Assembly: GCA_051003195.1 (NCBI GenBank)
Contig: JBPCLP010000035.1
Span: 1 to 64,000 of the forward strand
Origin: Candidatus Sumerlaeaceae bacterium
Lineage (GTDB): Bacteria > Sumerlaeota > Sumerlaeia > Sumerlaeales > Sumerlaeaceae
Direction: 5' to 3'
DNA length: 64,000 nt
Shown here: positions 1 to 10,373 of the stretch, one piece after another
Position numbering within the stretch: position 1 is the stretch's first letter
Layout of the letters: each line of letters begins with the position of its first letter
The notes under the pieces: generated by a model
The model's input: only the letters and a program-made list of their open reading frames with translations
Databases searched by the model: none
What the model was told of the DNA's origin: nothing
Program-made: the position numbers and the translations under genes

Positions 1-52
1 TCGAGCTCGGACGGCACACAAAACCAGTGAACGAATTAATGGGACACCACAC
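1..52 (+). repeat. MITE-like dispersed repeat, copy 1 (5'-truncated by the window edge), in tandem with copy 2
   Basis: Matches the 3' half of the 94-bp element (GAGCTCGGACGGCACACAAAACCAGTGAACGAATTAATGGGACACCACAC); separated from copy 2 by 2 nt (CA). Confidence 0.85.
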
Positions 53-54
53 CA

Positions 55-148
55 GTGTGTCGTCCCAGAAGTTCATAGCTATACTTCAGGAATGTTTCGA
101 GCTCGGACGGCACACAAAACCAGTGAGCGAATTAATGGGACACCGCCC
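55..148 (+). repeat. 94-bp MITE-like repeat, copy 2; supplies the stop codon of the YfhO-like gene
   Basis: Near-identical to copies at 21004, 28993, 49303 and 61500; imperfect terminal inverted repeats. Confidence 0.9.
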
Positions 149-2675
149 TGAGTTTTCGAACGCGCGGGATGACAAGAGAGCCAGCCATCGCTGCAAATCC
201 GCACATACCGGCGAGCGCGACTACCCACGACATTGTCCAACCCGATGGACGATAAGTAAGTTCCACCACGTGCTCCCGACCGTCCGACGGCAGCGGTACT
301 CCGATCATCCACAGGTTCACGCACGCGACGGGAAAAGGTTTGTCGTCCACGCGCGCTGTCCAGCCCGGCAGCCAGGTGGTTCGTACAATAGCCAGCGCCG
401 GTCCGCTTGCAGGCGTTGTCACATGAAAGCGCAGTTCATGCGGTGCTTGTGATTTCTCAAATACGACACGAGCTGGGCCCGGGTTTTCGGCTGACGTAGT
501 GCTTGTTGCATCCACCCCGCCCGTCCAGCGTGCAAGTGGCTCGCGAAACTTTTCGTCTATAATATCGATGTCGCCGGCCAGCGGCGCATACTGGTGTGAC
601 AAGTTCCTGCCATCCAGGTGCACGAAACGGGTACTGACCTTCACCATGCATGCAGTGGATAATACCTCGCGGATGCTTAACAGGCGTCGGGGTTGCAGCC
701 TGAAATCATAATCCTCTGTAACTGTCTCATCCATCACATAGCGGATTGCTTCGCCGCCGTAACGTCGCCCGATGTAGTGCGCGGCCGTCTGGCCGGACTC
801 TGGCTGCGGACGTCTGCGCGCATCAGGTGCAAGCGGGTCATACGCGCCTCCGCCTGCGTCTTCCAACCCGTCGATCGTTTGTGCAATGTTACCCAGCGAT
901 TGCGGAAGTGAAATTCGCCAGCGCTCGCCACGTTCGCGCGCTCTTGTTATAGCACTCCGCAATTCGCCGTCGATGCGTGAAGGGAATCCAGTTTCCGTCA
1001 CGCGGAGCTCCGGTACGAGCAAAGGCCAATTTTGCAGCGCCGGGGCCGCCGCCATGCAGATTGCCAAAAGCCCCAGTGCAGCGCCGGGCGCGCGGCGGGC
1101 AATTGCGAAACCGGTTCCGGCAACTAGCGTCCAGCCCATCGCCAGCAGTAATGAGTGGTTAATCACCACAAGCAGTGCGGCCGGGTCCGATTTGATGCTC
1201 TGCAGAAGAGCGATCATTGGCGGCCATGCGGCGCTTTGGAGATCCGACATCAGTACCAGCTTGTTTGCGATCTGTCGCGGCCACAAATGAAGAGCGCCCG
1301 AACACGCCAGCAGCAGTATTGCATACAGACAAGTACCGGCGAAAGCGGCACGGCAGAACTGTTGCAGAGCAGGTGCATCTCGCGGCACCATTCGCCACCT
1401 GAAGGGCCAGTGACCGCGCATTGTTCCGTCACTTGCCGCCTTGGCAAGCACGTTGGCCGCAAGGCCCGCAAGCAGCACTGTGCCAAGTACAACAAGTACC
1501 AGCGCGCGCGTCGGCTCCCGAAACATCGATGCACCGGGTAATGTTAAGCCGGCCATCATTAGCGTCCCCAGCAGAACCAACCCCACCGCCGCGCGCCGGA
1601 CCGTGCTGTGTAACGACCCCACGACTGTTCGTGGGCCATCAGCTCCGGGTTGAAACAACCGGCGCAGGTTAAACATACCCGCAACTCCAGCGAATGCCAA
1701 TAGCATCATGATCACGCCCGGATGAGTCACCGTATCCCATGCAGCGCGGTTCAAAAAATGAAAGTCATGCAGCCCCGTACCCAGCGGCGCAGGCAGTAAA
1801 TATTCCATCATAACGGCCGTAAGCATGCCATTCGAAACGACGTTTGTGATGACTGAGGTACGGGAAGAGAACGGTACGTATAGCGCCGTTGGAAGCCATT
1901 GTGGCGCCGCCAGCGCGACCGCCATGCCGCCAGCGAAGCCGAGCCGCAGCAGATTCGTAGCGGTACGTTTCCAGCCTGCCGGAAAAGCCGCAGCAATGGC
2001 GACGGTCGCCTGCGCCCATACGCAATAATACACCATCTGTGGCGCTCCGGCCAATAGCAGCATCGCAGTAGCGAATGACGCTACAAGCCACCACTTAAGC
2101 CGACGATTTGCCTGCTGTTCATCCGGCAAACTATCGTCATGCGCGCAGGCGGCAATCACGGCAAAAACCGCCACGGGAAGCCACGTTAGACTGAAGATCA
2201 TGGTTAAATGACCGATAAAGTAGCGGCCCACCACCACCGGCCCTGCACTCCAGGCAATGGCCAGACCCGCAGCAGACCGTGCATCAAAACGCAAGCCGCG
2301 ATAGAGTACCCATGCCATGAGCAGGGGGGTGAGTACGAGATGTAACCCGACCTCGACCATCAGGCCTCGTGATCCATCGGGAACGAACCACAAACACAGC
2401 AACCGTGGAGGGTAAAGCAGCGCAGGCTGCACCGATTCTATGACAGGGTAGCCCGCGAACAGGTGGGGGTTCCACAACGGAAACACTCCCTGCGCGAACC
2501 ATGTACCCAGGAACATGCGCTGCGGTCGGAAAAAGAACTCAAAGTCGGGGCCTTTTTTGCCTGGCACCACGTCGATGCCTTTGGACCAGAAAATAGCCGA
2601 GATGACAACAATGCCCGTTAGTAGAATGAAAATACCGGCCATTGCCTCGTAGTTATGTCGGCTCTTTAAGTGCAC
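132..2675 (-). CDS. YfhO-like multi-pass membrane protein (GT-C glycosyltransferase superfamily)
   Basis: 847 aa; N-terminal FPLWNPHLFAGYP..ALLYP motif, many TM segments, C-terminal 'PGWTARVD..GEHVVELTYRP' typical of YfhO. Confidence 0.75.
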   Translation of the reverse strand: MHLKSRHNYEAMAGIFILLTGIVVISAIFWSKGIDVVPGKKGPDFEFFFRPQRMFLGTWFAQGVFPLWNPHLFAGYPVIESVQPALLYPPRLLCLWFVPDGSRGLMVEVGLHLVLTPLLMAWVLYRGLRFDARSAAGLAIAWSAGPVVVGRYFIGHLTMIFSLTWLPVAVFAVIAACAHDDSLPDEQQANRRLKWWLVASFATAMLLLAGAPQMVYYCVWAQATVAIAAAFPAGWKRTATNLLRLGFAGGMAVALAAPQWLPTALYVPFSSRTSVITNVVSNGMLTAVMMEYLLPAPLGTGLHDFHFLNRAAWDTVTHPGVIMMLLAFAGVAGMFNLRRLFQPGADGPRTVVGSLHSTVRRAAVGLVLLGTLMMAGLTLPGASMFREPTRALVLVVLGTVLLAGLAANVLAKAASDGTMRGHWPFRWRMVPRDAPALQQFCRAAFAGTCLYAILLLACSGALHLWPRQIANKLVLMSDLQSAAWPPMIALLQSIKSDPAALLVVINHSLLLAMGWTLVAGTGFAIARRAPGAALGLLAICMAAAPALQNWPLLVPELRVTETGFPSRIDGELRSAITRARERGERWRISLPQSLGNIAQTIDGLEDAGGGAYDPLAPDARRRPQPESGQTAAHYIGRRYGGEAIRYVMDETVTEDYDFRLQPRRLLSIREVLSTACMVKVSTRFVHLDGRNLSHQYAPLAGDIDIIDEKFREPLARWTGGVDATSTTSAENPGPARVVFEKSQAPHELRFHVTTPASGPALAIVRTTWLPGWTARVDDKPFPVACVNLWMIGVPLPSDGREHVVELTYRPSGWTMSWVVALAGMCGFAAMAGSLVIPRVRKLRAVSH

Positions 2676-2989
2676 GAGCCTACGCTAAAACGATCGGCGA
2701 TTTATTGAAATCTGGTCCACTAAGGCCGGAACCGGAACGGATACGAGAGTCCATTAGTTCCACCTCAACACTGGGAAAAGCGTTGTCCATTACCGATGCG
2801 GTCGATACTTGATCAAGGCACACACCTTGCACGCTGTCGCGCAGCAGAGAAACATAGAACTGGGTTGTAGATTGTCTGGTGAGTAGCCTCTCTTGATTCA
2901 TCGGACCTCCAATGCCTGGCATTACGAACAAAAAGCACTGATATGAAAACCTTGCTACCCAAAGAATCGATCACACTGATAAGCACTTA

Positions 2990-4513
2990 ATGGTAGAGCC
3001 GATATCATCCGCAGCATTCGCCACAGCAGCCGGCGCAGTCGCGCATGTGACTGCCATTGGCGAAGACGTGCTGCGCGTTTTCTTTATCATCTTCCTGATT
3101 GTTCTGAACGGGTTCTTCGTTGCCGCGGAATTCGCAATTGTTAAAGTGCGGGGTACAAAACTCCAGGCACTGGCCGACCGCGGTTCACGCCGTGCGAAGA
3201 TGGCCCAGCATGTCCTGGAGAACCTGGACGAATACCTTAGTGCATGTCAGCTCGGAATTACCATCGCCTCGATCGTCCTTGGCGCCGTGGGCGAACACTT
3301 CATGCGCGCGCGGGTGGTCGAGCCGCTGCTCGGGCATCTTCCGTTCATATCAGACAAGGTTGCCAGCGCGATAGCCTTTATCCTTGGCACCGGCATTATC
3401 GTTTTTCTGCACGTGGTGCTGGGCGAACAGGCACCCAAGTACGTTGCGATTCAGCGCAGTGAACCCACAGCTCTCTGGTGCGCGTACCCTCTTAAGTGGT
3501 TTTTTCTCATCCTCTATCCGTTCATCGTGGTGCTAAACACATCGGCTAACTGGTTGTTGCGACTGGTTGGAATTGACGATCCAGGCGGACATGACGTCCC
3601 ACACTCGGAAGACGAGCTACGGATGATTGTTGCGGAGAGCCAGAGAACCGGCAACCTGACACGCGATAAACTGGACCTGCTGGAGAACATTTTCGATTTC
3701 TCGAACGTTCTCGTTCGACAGATCATGGTCCCGCGCACCGAAGTCGCTGTCTTCGATCTGCGGCGCCCGCTGGGCGAAAACCTCGGTACCGCGGAGCGGA
3801 CAGCGCACAGCCGCTATCCACTCGTGGACGGCGACATCGATCACGTGGTCGGCGTCATTCACATGAAAGATTTGTTCTGGCAGTTAAAGGACATGGAGCT
3901 CTCCCCCCAGGCCGCGGGAGAAGCGGCAGAGCGCCGCAACCCAATGATTGCCGGCGGAGACATCGCTTCACGCCCCCCTTCCACTGGCGCACAGTTTCTT
4001 ACAGCAATTGCGCGTGAGGCCCTCTATGTGCCAGAGACGGCGCGCATTAACACGCTGCTGCGCGAATTTCAGTCCAAGCGAATCCACATGGCCATGGTGG
4101 TAGACGAGTACGGCGGCGTCACCGGCCTTGTAACTTTCGAGAACGTGATCGAGGAGATCGTCGGCGAGGTGCAGGACGAATTCGACCAGGAAGTACCACG
4201 CATCAAGCAGGTAAGTGAGCGCGAGTTCATGCTCGATGGAGCTACAACCCTCGACGAAGTAAACGACGCGGCGGATCTGGAACTCGAGAGTGACGAGGCG
4301 GACACGATTGGTGGTTACGTGCTCAGCCTGCTCGGGAAGATTCCGAAGCCCGGCGACAAAGTCATGGCACCGGGAGTGGAGCTGATGGTGCGCGAGATGC
4401 GCCGACAGCGGATTCACCGGGTCTCGGCCCGTGTGCTTACTCCCGAAGAGATTGAAGCAGCGAATGAGAAGCCGGTGGAAGACGAGCTTTCGGGGAATTC
4501 GACAGAGTTTTGA
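2990..4513 (+). CDS. Hemolysin-family / CNNM (DUF21-CBS-CBS-CorC) membrane protein
   Basis: NGFFVAAEFAIVKVR, LSACQLGIT, GEQAPK, HSRYP, VVDEYGGVTGLVTFENVIEEIVGEVQDEFD. Confidence 0.92.
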   Translation: MVEPISSAAFATAAGAVAHVTAIGEDVLRVFFIIFLIVLNGFFVAAEFAIVKVRGTKLQALADRGSRRAKMAQHVLENLDEYLSACQLGITIASIVLGAVGEHFMRARVVEPLLGHLPFISDKVASAIAFILGTGIIVFLHVVLGEQAPKYVAIQRSEPTALWCAYPLKWFFLILYPFIVVLNTSANWLLRLVGIDDPGGHDVPHSEDELRMIVAESQRTGNLTRDKLDLLENIFDFSNVLVRQIMVPRTEVAVFDLRRPLGENLGTAERTAHSRYPLVDGDIDHVVGVIHMKDLFWQLKDMELSPQAAGEAAERRNPMIAGGDIASRPPSTGAQFLTAIAREALYVPETARINTLLREFQSKRIHMAMVVDEYGGVTGLVTFENVIEEIVGEVQDEFDQEVPRIKQVSEREFMLDGATTLDEVNDAADLELESDEADTIGGYVLSLLGKIPKPGDKVMAPGVELMVREMRRQRIHRVSARVLTPEEIEAANEKPVEDELSGNSTEF

Positions 4514-5562
4514 ACGCGTCGCGTCTGACGTGGCGCCGCGTGACTACTCACTGTGCAATTGCGGCGACAGTTACTCTGGCAGTGGCCATCTGTGCCCCAT
4601 TGGCCGGGGGCGGAATTTCACTTCGTAAAGCCATGGCAACCGCACCCTGGCAGGAGCTTGATTCACCCGACGCACTGATCTTCTGGGCCACACGTGTGCC
4701 ACGCGTCCTCGCCGCACTGCTCACCGGTGGTGCACTTGCACTTGCCGGGCTGGCCTACCAGTGCGTGCTGCGGAACCCGCTCGCCGAGCCTTACATCCTT
4801 GGCGTTTCCGCAGGGGCCGGCATGGGCAAGGCCCTCGTTGTGCTGTTCTGGGGAAGTATGGTTTCGATTCTCGGCGTGTTCAGCTCAATCGTGTTTTGTT
4901 TCCTTGGAGCGCTTGTGCCGCTCCTGTTTCTGCAGGGCCTGGCATTGCGGCAACGCCGCTTTGCACCAGTCACCTTGCTGTTGGCCGGGGTGATGCTCAA
5001 CGTCGTCCTCTCAGCAGCGATGATGCTCGTCCTGGTGTTCGCACCACCCGATTCTGCCCGTCAGGTGCAACTGTGGTGGCTCGGCAGCCTCGACCTGGTC
5101 GGATTTCGCCAGTTTTACATGACCTGCCCGGTGGTGCTGTTCGCCGCGGGCGTCATCGTGTTGCGTGGCCGGGCCATGAACGTTCTCGGGTTTGATTCGG
5201 CCACCGCCGCACAACTGGGCCTGGACGTTGAACGCGAGGTTCGCGTGCTGCTTTGGAGCGCCACCTTGCTCGCCAGCGCTGTAGTTGCGCTGGCGGGACC
5301 CATTGGCTTTATCGGCCTTGTGGTACCGCACCTGCTGCGTCGGGTGTTTGGTGTCGATAATCGGCTGCTCGCACCGCTTTGCCTGTTCTATGGCGCCGCG
5401 TTCCTGATGCTTTGCGACCTGATCGGGTGGCGGGGAGCATCCGTTTTAGGCTTGTCTTCAACAATGGAAGTCCCGGTCGGCGTGGTAACTGCCTTGCTGG
5501 GCGGACCGCTTTTTCTGCTCCTATTGGTCCGGGGTACGCTTTCCGGGGAAATTCGCGGCTAA
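4510..5562 (+). CDS. Iron-chelate/cobalamin ABC transporter permease (FecCD/BtuC family)
   Basis: RVPRVL, LRNPLAEPYILGVSAGA, GPIGFIGLVVPHLLR, EVPVGVVTALLGGP; overlaps the upstream gene by 4 nt. Confidence 0.9.
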   Translation: MNASRLTWRRVTTHCAIAATVTLAVAICAPLAGGGISLRKAMATAPWQELDSPDALIFWATRVPRVLAALLTGGALALAGLAYQCVLRNPLAEPYILGVSAGAGMGKALVVLFWGSMVSILGVFSSIVFCFLGALVPLLFLQGLALRQRRFAPVTLLLAGVMLNVVLSAAMMLVLVFAPPDSARQVQLWWLGSLDLVGFRQFYMTCPVVLFAAGVIVLRGRAMNVLGFDSATAAQLGLDVEREVRVLLWSATLLASAVVALAGPIGFIGLVVPHLLRRVFGVDNRLLAPLCLFYGAAFLMLCDLIGWRGASVLGLSSTMEVPVGVVTALLGGPLFLLLLVRGTLSGEIRG

Positions 5563-5582
5563 GTAAAGTGTAACCCTCAAAA

Positions 5583-5921
5583 ATGCCAGTGTACGAATAC
5601 TACTGCCCGGCAAACGCATGCTCCGTAGAGGTTGTGCACTCTATTACCGAACGCATCGCGACCTGGGGTGAACTTTGTGCCCGCGGCAAAGCGCAATTGG
5701 GCGACACGCCTGCAGATTCTCCCGTGGAGCGGCTGCTCTTTGCCCCCGGCGTTTCGACCCCGGCCGGCGATTCGCGCCTCAAAGAACTCGGATTTACAAA
5801 ACTGGTCAAGCGCGACACAGGTGTTTACGAAAACGTCACGGCCTCAGGCGCGGAGTCGCGATACATGAACGCCGGGGATGCATCTACTCTTCCGCAGCTG
5901 TCGAAGAAAATTCGGGATTGA
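5583..5921 (+). CDS. FmdB-like zinc-ribbon domain protein
   Basis: MPVYEYYC N-terminus; 112 aa. Confidence 0.75.
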   Translation: MPVYEYYCPANACSVEVVHSITERIATWGELCARGKAQLGDTPADSPVERLLFAPGVSTPAGDSRLKELGFTKLVKRDTGVYENVTASGAESRYMNAGDASTLPQLSKKIRD

Positions 5922-6025
5922 AGGTGACGCTATGGACCGCGTCAACTCTCCACGCTGCTACGATGTCTTATCAGCAGATTATTGCGGCGGATGAGCATCG
6001 GCTTTCCGTTGGCCTGGAGAACTAA

Positions 6026-7750
6026 ATGCGGGACATGTGCAATTTGAAGCAGCCGGACGATCGCAGCGCGCCAAATGTTTGTCTTCCATGGCTGACTGCC
6101 CTGTGCATGCTGACGCTTCCAGCTTTAGCCTGGGCGCAGAACCGGCCCGCCGCCGTACGCAGTGCTGAGTCGCCTGTAGGGTCCGCGACCCCGGCTTCCA
6201 GCCTCGCCACCAGTTTGCCTGCATTTTATCAGCCGCAGGATGGTGGCGCCCGCTTCAATTCAAACGAGCCCCGCATCGTGCCTGACATCGAGGAGCTTTC
6301 GCGTCTGCGGCACACGGCCCCGCAATGGCTGCAACAATCGCTCGCGTTTCCATCTCCCACAGAGCTGCTGCGCTACCTGGGACGCGAACCTGCAGCGACG
6401 CGAGAACGTGCTGTTGCCTCCATCAGGCAAGTCATTACACCGGCTTACATACCGCAGGGCCTGCAGGAGCACCTCATCCCACTGGCCCGATGGGCTGTCC
6501 TGTATGAGGATTGGAGAAAGCACGGAGGCATCGATGTTTTTCTCACCAAATACGAGATCAATGGTTTCGCCATTCTCCTTATCGAATCTCATAACCATAT
6601 CGTACTCATCGCGCGCGAGCAGAAGGGCAGCCGCAGCCGCGAGTTCGCGGGCATGCTGCAACTGGTGCAGCACTACGCGGATGTTCTGCTCAGTGAGACG
6701 CTCAAACCCGCAACTCCCGAATCGCTGCAGACGTTTCGCACCAGCCTCGCCCCTCCCTATATTTACGGTTACTATACGCCGAAAATTGACGCATTGACCG
6801 GCGAGAGCTCCCCCGGAGACCTCGTCACCACGGCTGGCGGGCAGCCGAACGAGTCCTCTACAAGCGCCCGCGCCACCGCAGTGCGCTACTTCTGCAACGG
6901 GGAGTTCGTGGCACTGATGCTACTGAAGCCGATAAGGGCCGGTGAGTTAAAAAACCCGTTCGACCCTCGGTTTGAACCTCTGAACCTTGCCCAGGGTGAA
7001 CAGATTCCGTTCTGGGAAGAGCAGTCCCCGGCTGCGCGCCCCGACTTGCCCGATGCCGAAGAGCTGCGCCGCAGACAGGTGCGCGAATACCTCGGCAACT
7101 TCTTCTACGACCAGGAAGGAAACGCACTTACCGATCGAATTCCCGTACAGGACCTCGAGCGCGAGTTCAGCGAGCTGTCGCGCGAGCAGAAGGTCGATAT
7201 CGCCAGGCGCAAGATCATCGACGAGAACTATTCCTCGGGAATGGCTGCCTTCGCCGCTGGCGAAACGACGCCGGCATTGGAGGCGTGGACCCGAATCCTG
7301 CAATTCGAACCCGAGAACGCGCGCGCCGCCATATTGCTGCAAGTTGCGATTAAACAGCGCGCCAAGGTGGCATACGGCGGCAATAGCGAAATCGCGCGTC
7401 GCGCCGAACCCGCCATTCAGCAGTCGCTCGACGCAATCGCGCGCCAGCAGACGCTGCTTTCGTTACGCCAGCAACAGGAGGGAATCGAGCTTGCCAAGGA
7501 GCGGGCCATCCAGGACTCGCGAACCAAGGCGCTCGACTTCTTCAGCGAAGGCGCATACCCCGAAGCCTTGCGCGAATGGGACCGGCTGCTGAGTGTCGAC
7601 CCGGGCAATGCAAACGCGCTGCTGTTCAAGGAGATATGCGAAACCAAAATCAAGCAGGCAGCGCGTACGCGCACGCGGCCGATCCCCGCAGCCACTCAGC
7701 CAAAAACACAGACCAGGCCACTTGCAACGCCCACACCCGCCGGCAGGTAG
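6026..7750 (+). CDS. Secreted protein with C-terminal TPR repeats
   Basis: Signal-peptide-like LPALAWAQ; TPR-like helices (ALEAWTRILQFEPENARA; ALREWDRLLSVDPGNANA). Confidence 0.65.
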   Translation: MRDMCNLKQPDDRSAPNVCLPWLTALCMLTLPALAWAQNRPAAVRSAESPVGSATPASSLATSLPAFYQPQDGGARFNSNEPRIVPDIEELSRLRHTAPQWLQQSLAFPSPTELLRYLGREPAATRERAVASIRQVITPAYIPQGLQEHLIPLARWAVLYEDWRKHGGIDVFLTKYEINGFAILLIESHNHIVLIAREQKGSRSREFAGMLQLVQHYADVLLSETLKPATPESLQTFRTSLAPPYIYGYYTPKIDALTGESSPGDLVTTAGGQPNESSTSARATAVRYFCNGEFVALMLLKPIRAGELKNPFDPRFEPLNLAQGEQIPFWEEQSPAARPDLPDAEELRRRQVREYLGNFFYDQEGNALTDRIPVQDLEREFSELSREQKVDIARRKIIDENYSSGMAAFAAGETTPALEAWTRILQFEPENARAAILLQVAIKQRAKVAYGGNSEIARRAEPAIQQSLDAIARQQTLLSLRQQQEGIELAKERAIQDSRTKALDFFSEGAYPEALREWDRLLSVDPGNANALLFKEICETKIKQAARTRTRPIPAATQPKTQTRPLATPTPAGR

Positions 7751-7806
7751 CGGCCGGGCTTGAATACCTTGGCACGCGCTTAGTAAAACCTGATGCTTTA
7801 CGGCAT

Positions 7807-7882
7807 GGGGGTATAGCTCAGTTGGGAGAGCGATACGTTCGCAACGTATAGGCCAGGGGTTCGAATCCCCTTACCTCCACCA
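7807..7882 (+). tRNA. tRNA-Ala(CGC)
   Basis: 76-nt cloverleaf; acceptor GGGGGTA/TACCTCC with the G3:U70 Ala determinant; anticodon arm ATACG-TT-CGC-AA-CGTAT; GGTTCGAATCC; encoded CCA. Confidence 0.97.
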
Positions 7883-7895
7883 TCGATGGCCGGGT

Positions 7896-7913
7896 GCGGG
7901 TTTTCCAACCCGC
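7896..7913 (+). other. Small hairpin downstream of the tRNA (terminator- or REP-like)
   Basis: GCGGGTT-TTCC-AACCCGC; no clear U-tract. Confidence 0.4.
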
Positions 7914-8050
7914 CAGGTAGTTGATCCCCGCGCGCATCGCACCGATATTCCTGGGAGCGCCCTCGTCCCGAGGGCACAGATGATTCTCGCGCGCAGCGCA
8001 CCGCGCACATTGCGACACCTCTCGACAAATGCGGACCTGACCCCAGAATT

Positions 8051-8148
8051 CAGGCTAAAGCCTGTACTCCGAACGGGGCTGTCCTGCGAACGGGGCGATC
8101 CTCTGTGCGCTTGCGTTGGCCCAGGCTAAAGCCTGTACTCCGAACGGG
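8051..8148 (-). repeat. Two identical 27-bp REP-like units (8051-8077, 8122-8148)
   Basis: CAGGCTAAAGCCTGTACTCCGAACGGG twice, 71 bp apart; the minus strand reads GGAG-TA-CAGGC-TTTA-GCCTG (GGAG foot plus hairpin, typical REP architecture). Confidence 0.75.
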
Positions 8149-8246
8149 CCTGTATTGCGGACGGGTTTTCAAGTTTTCAAACGTTTTTCAAGTTTGCGGT
8201 GTAGAAGATTGAAATGCCTGCAGATAAATCAAGTTGGCGAAAATGG

Positions 8247-8276
8247 GGTAATTTCGCCACTTGAAAAACGGTAATC
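8247..8276 (+). repeat. Left copy of the 30-bp inverted repeat bracketing the island
   Basis: GGTAATTTCGCCACTTGAAAAACGGTAATC; 28/30 identical to the reverse complement of 21145-21174. Confidence 0.85.
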
Positions 8277-8567
8277 CTCGCGTAAGAATTCGCGGGGGCC
8301 GTGGGGGTCCCGGCAGCGGCGCTTGCGGATGGGCGGTTTTCCGCCAGGCGCAAGGACGCAAAATGCTACGCGGATTGGGCGCAGAAGTCCCTTTGCGGTT
8401 GGTCACGGCGTTCAGGCTGCATGGTTGTCAAAGAACGGGTTCACTTACTACGGATGCACGTTTACACCAGTTTTGGGGGCGTGTCACTTCCCGGGCGTAC
8501 CCTTAGGGTGAGTTAAGTCCAATAAAGTCGAAAGAGATTTTTGGGCGAACGTGCGCTGAGGCGACGA

Positions 8568-9641
8568 TCACGGCGCCATGAAATCCAGCCGCTGCTGTCG
8601 AGGTGCAGTCTCGAACGTCCAAAGCGCGGCAGCACGTTGTATTTTGTTGTCGGGATCGGGAATACCCGTACCGGGCGCGATGAATGCACGGAATGCGGCT
8701 ATACGGCTGGTTGGAGCCACCTGACCAAGCGGTATAACCCTTGCCCAATCGTTGCCTGCATTTAGCCACCGCAACAGTGGACCATGCAGCGGCCCTGCCG
8801 CTCCAAAGTCGGGAACATTGCCTTTTCCCCAGAACACTCGAGGAATCGCGACCTTCACCATTCGATCAGTCGTGCCCGTAAACACATGGCTCTCGAATTT
8901 CCTGCGGATGAAAAAGCGATCCTTCGCGAACGTGCGTGTCTTGATACTGGGGGCATTTGGATGAGCCTCATGGGGATGTAGCTGACCAGGATTCGCCGTA
9001 TCGTCGGTCGCTACCGGTGCACAATATGCCAGTTTCACATTCTGTGTGCTCACTGCGCTCGCAATCCCGTTCAGGTAAAGGGCTACAGAAGCTTCTTTTG
9101 CCGTCTGGGTGGGACCATTTTTGGCAGAAGCATAGTAGTTATCGGACGGCATGATGACCCAGCCTGCCGGGCAATTCAGGGCCGGAGGTTTGATCTTTAT
9201 AAGACTTCTGGCGGCTGCGGCCTCCGCATTGATTTGCGCATTTGCTTCTCCTGGAACTTCGTCGGAGCTGGCAACGAGCACGTGATAGCCCGCCAGCTTC
9301 GGCAAAAGGTTTGCATTACCTCCAGCATTGGTGGGATCCGCAAATTCCTCAGCCAGCGCCGCAGTGAACTGTGGCATGGGGTGAGGGCCCTGGCACGCCT
9401 TCACCGCAACCCATTGCACGTTTAGATCCACGAGGTCCCGCACGAGCGTTTTGAGGCCAGCCCTGTAATTGGCGGATGGCATATCCGGCACGACAACGGT
9501 TGCATTCGCTGCCACGTTGACCGCGCGACTCACATCCTCAATAAACATCCCCTTGCCGACGAATATGTCCGTCGCTGCCGCCGGCAGGGCATACCACGGC
9601 GCAATCACCAGCATAGTGCATAAGCCAATGGCTTTCATCAT
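8568..9641 (-). CDS. Secreted protein, possible GH25-like TIM barrel
   Basis: Start placed at ATG 9641 (GGAG upstream); signal peptide ending ALPAAA; GKGMFI and WVAVKACQG motifs. Confidence 0.5.
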   Translation of the reverse strand: MMKAIGLCTMLVIAPWYALPAAATDIFVGKGMFIEDVSRAVNVAANATVVVPDMPSANYRAGLKTLVRDLVDLNVQWVAVKACQGPHPMPQFTAALAEEFADPTNAGGNANLLPKLAGYHVLVASSDEVPGEANAQINAEAAAARSLIKIKPPALNCPAGWVIMPSDNYYASAKNGPTQTAKEASVALYLNGIASAVSTQNVKLAYCAPVATDDTANPGQLHPHEAHPNAPSIKTRTFAKDRFFIRRKFESHVFTGTTDRMVKVAIPRVFWGKGNVPDFGAAGPLHGPLLRWLNAGNDWARVIPLGQVAPTSRIAAFRAFIAPGTGIPDPDNKIQRAAALWTFETAPRQQRLDFMAP

Positions 9642-9687
9642 CGAAGTTCTCCCTGGCAGGAATGAGAATAACACAAAGGAAAGTGAC

Positions 9688-10074
9688 TCAGGGGACGCAC
9701 TGGCTATTCGGGTCACCCTCGCCGCCGATAAACACACCTATAATCTGGCCGAAGTTGTCCGGACAGGCCGGGCACGCCTCAATCATATTTTGTAACGATG
9801 CAGAGGTGACATACTCGGCCGGTGGCTGCTGTCTTTTTAATTGTTCACATATGCATAGCAGGCAGGGGTCGGTCGTCTCCTTGCATGCAGCGAAAACGCG
9901 GGCGCCAGCCCGTTTGAAAAGGATTCGGTCCCTCTCAACCGCAGCACTGCCGGCCGATAATGTTGAAGCGGTTGTCTGGCCGGTTTCAGGCTTTGGGTCG
10001 ACGCCCTGTGAAGTCACGGTGCCCGCGATAAGGAGAACAGCGGCTGACAGCAGGCTGCGATGGCGGTACTTCAT
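9688..10074 (-). CDS. Small secreted Cys-rich hypothetical protein
   Basis: ATG 10074 with GAGG RBS; signal peptide MKYRHRSLLSAAVLLIAG; 7 Cys in the mature part. Confidence 0.55.
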   Translation of the reverse strand: MKYRHRSLLSAAVLLIAGTVTSQGVDPKPETGQTTASTLSAGSAAVERDRILFKRAGARVFAACKETTDPCLLCICEQLKRQQPPAEYVTSASLQNMIEACPACPDNFGQIIGVFIGGEGDPNSQCVP

Positions 10075-10373
10075 GGTGCACCTCAATGGAGACGGAGTGA
10101 CGAAGTGTTCGTGTACAGTGGTTCTGGATTTGGCAGCTTCAAGTGGATAGTTCAAACTGGCCTTAGCCATGGTCGCAGGTTATAAGCGTTGGCCGAAGCG
10201 GCGAATCCGGACAGGGAGCTGACACAGATTGGGAGAGATTAATTCTGCCTGTTCCCTTGTTTCTCGGTTGTCGCAGGTACAATATGTGCGCAACATGTGG
10301 AAAAGTATTGCAATCAATCCACAAGATATGGTTTGCAAAGAACCTAAATACTTCGTCCCCAGACAGGCCCCTC

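Noticed and set aside
1..148. Possible end of a CRISPR array at the window start
   Set aside because: It is two tandem copies of the dispersed 94-bp element separated by only 2 nt.
2680..2931. 83-aa minus-strand ORF
   Set aside because: No recognisable motif or RBS; it lies in a divergent promoter region.
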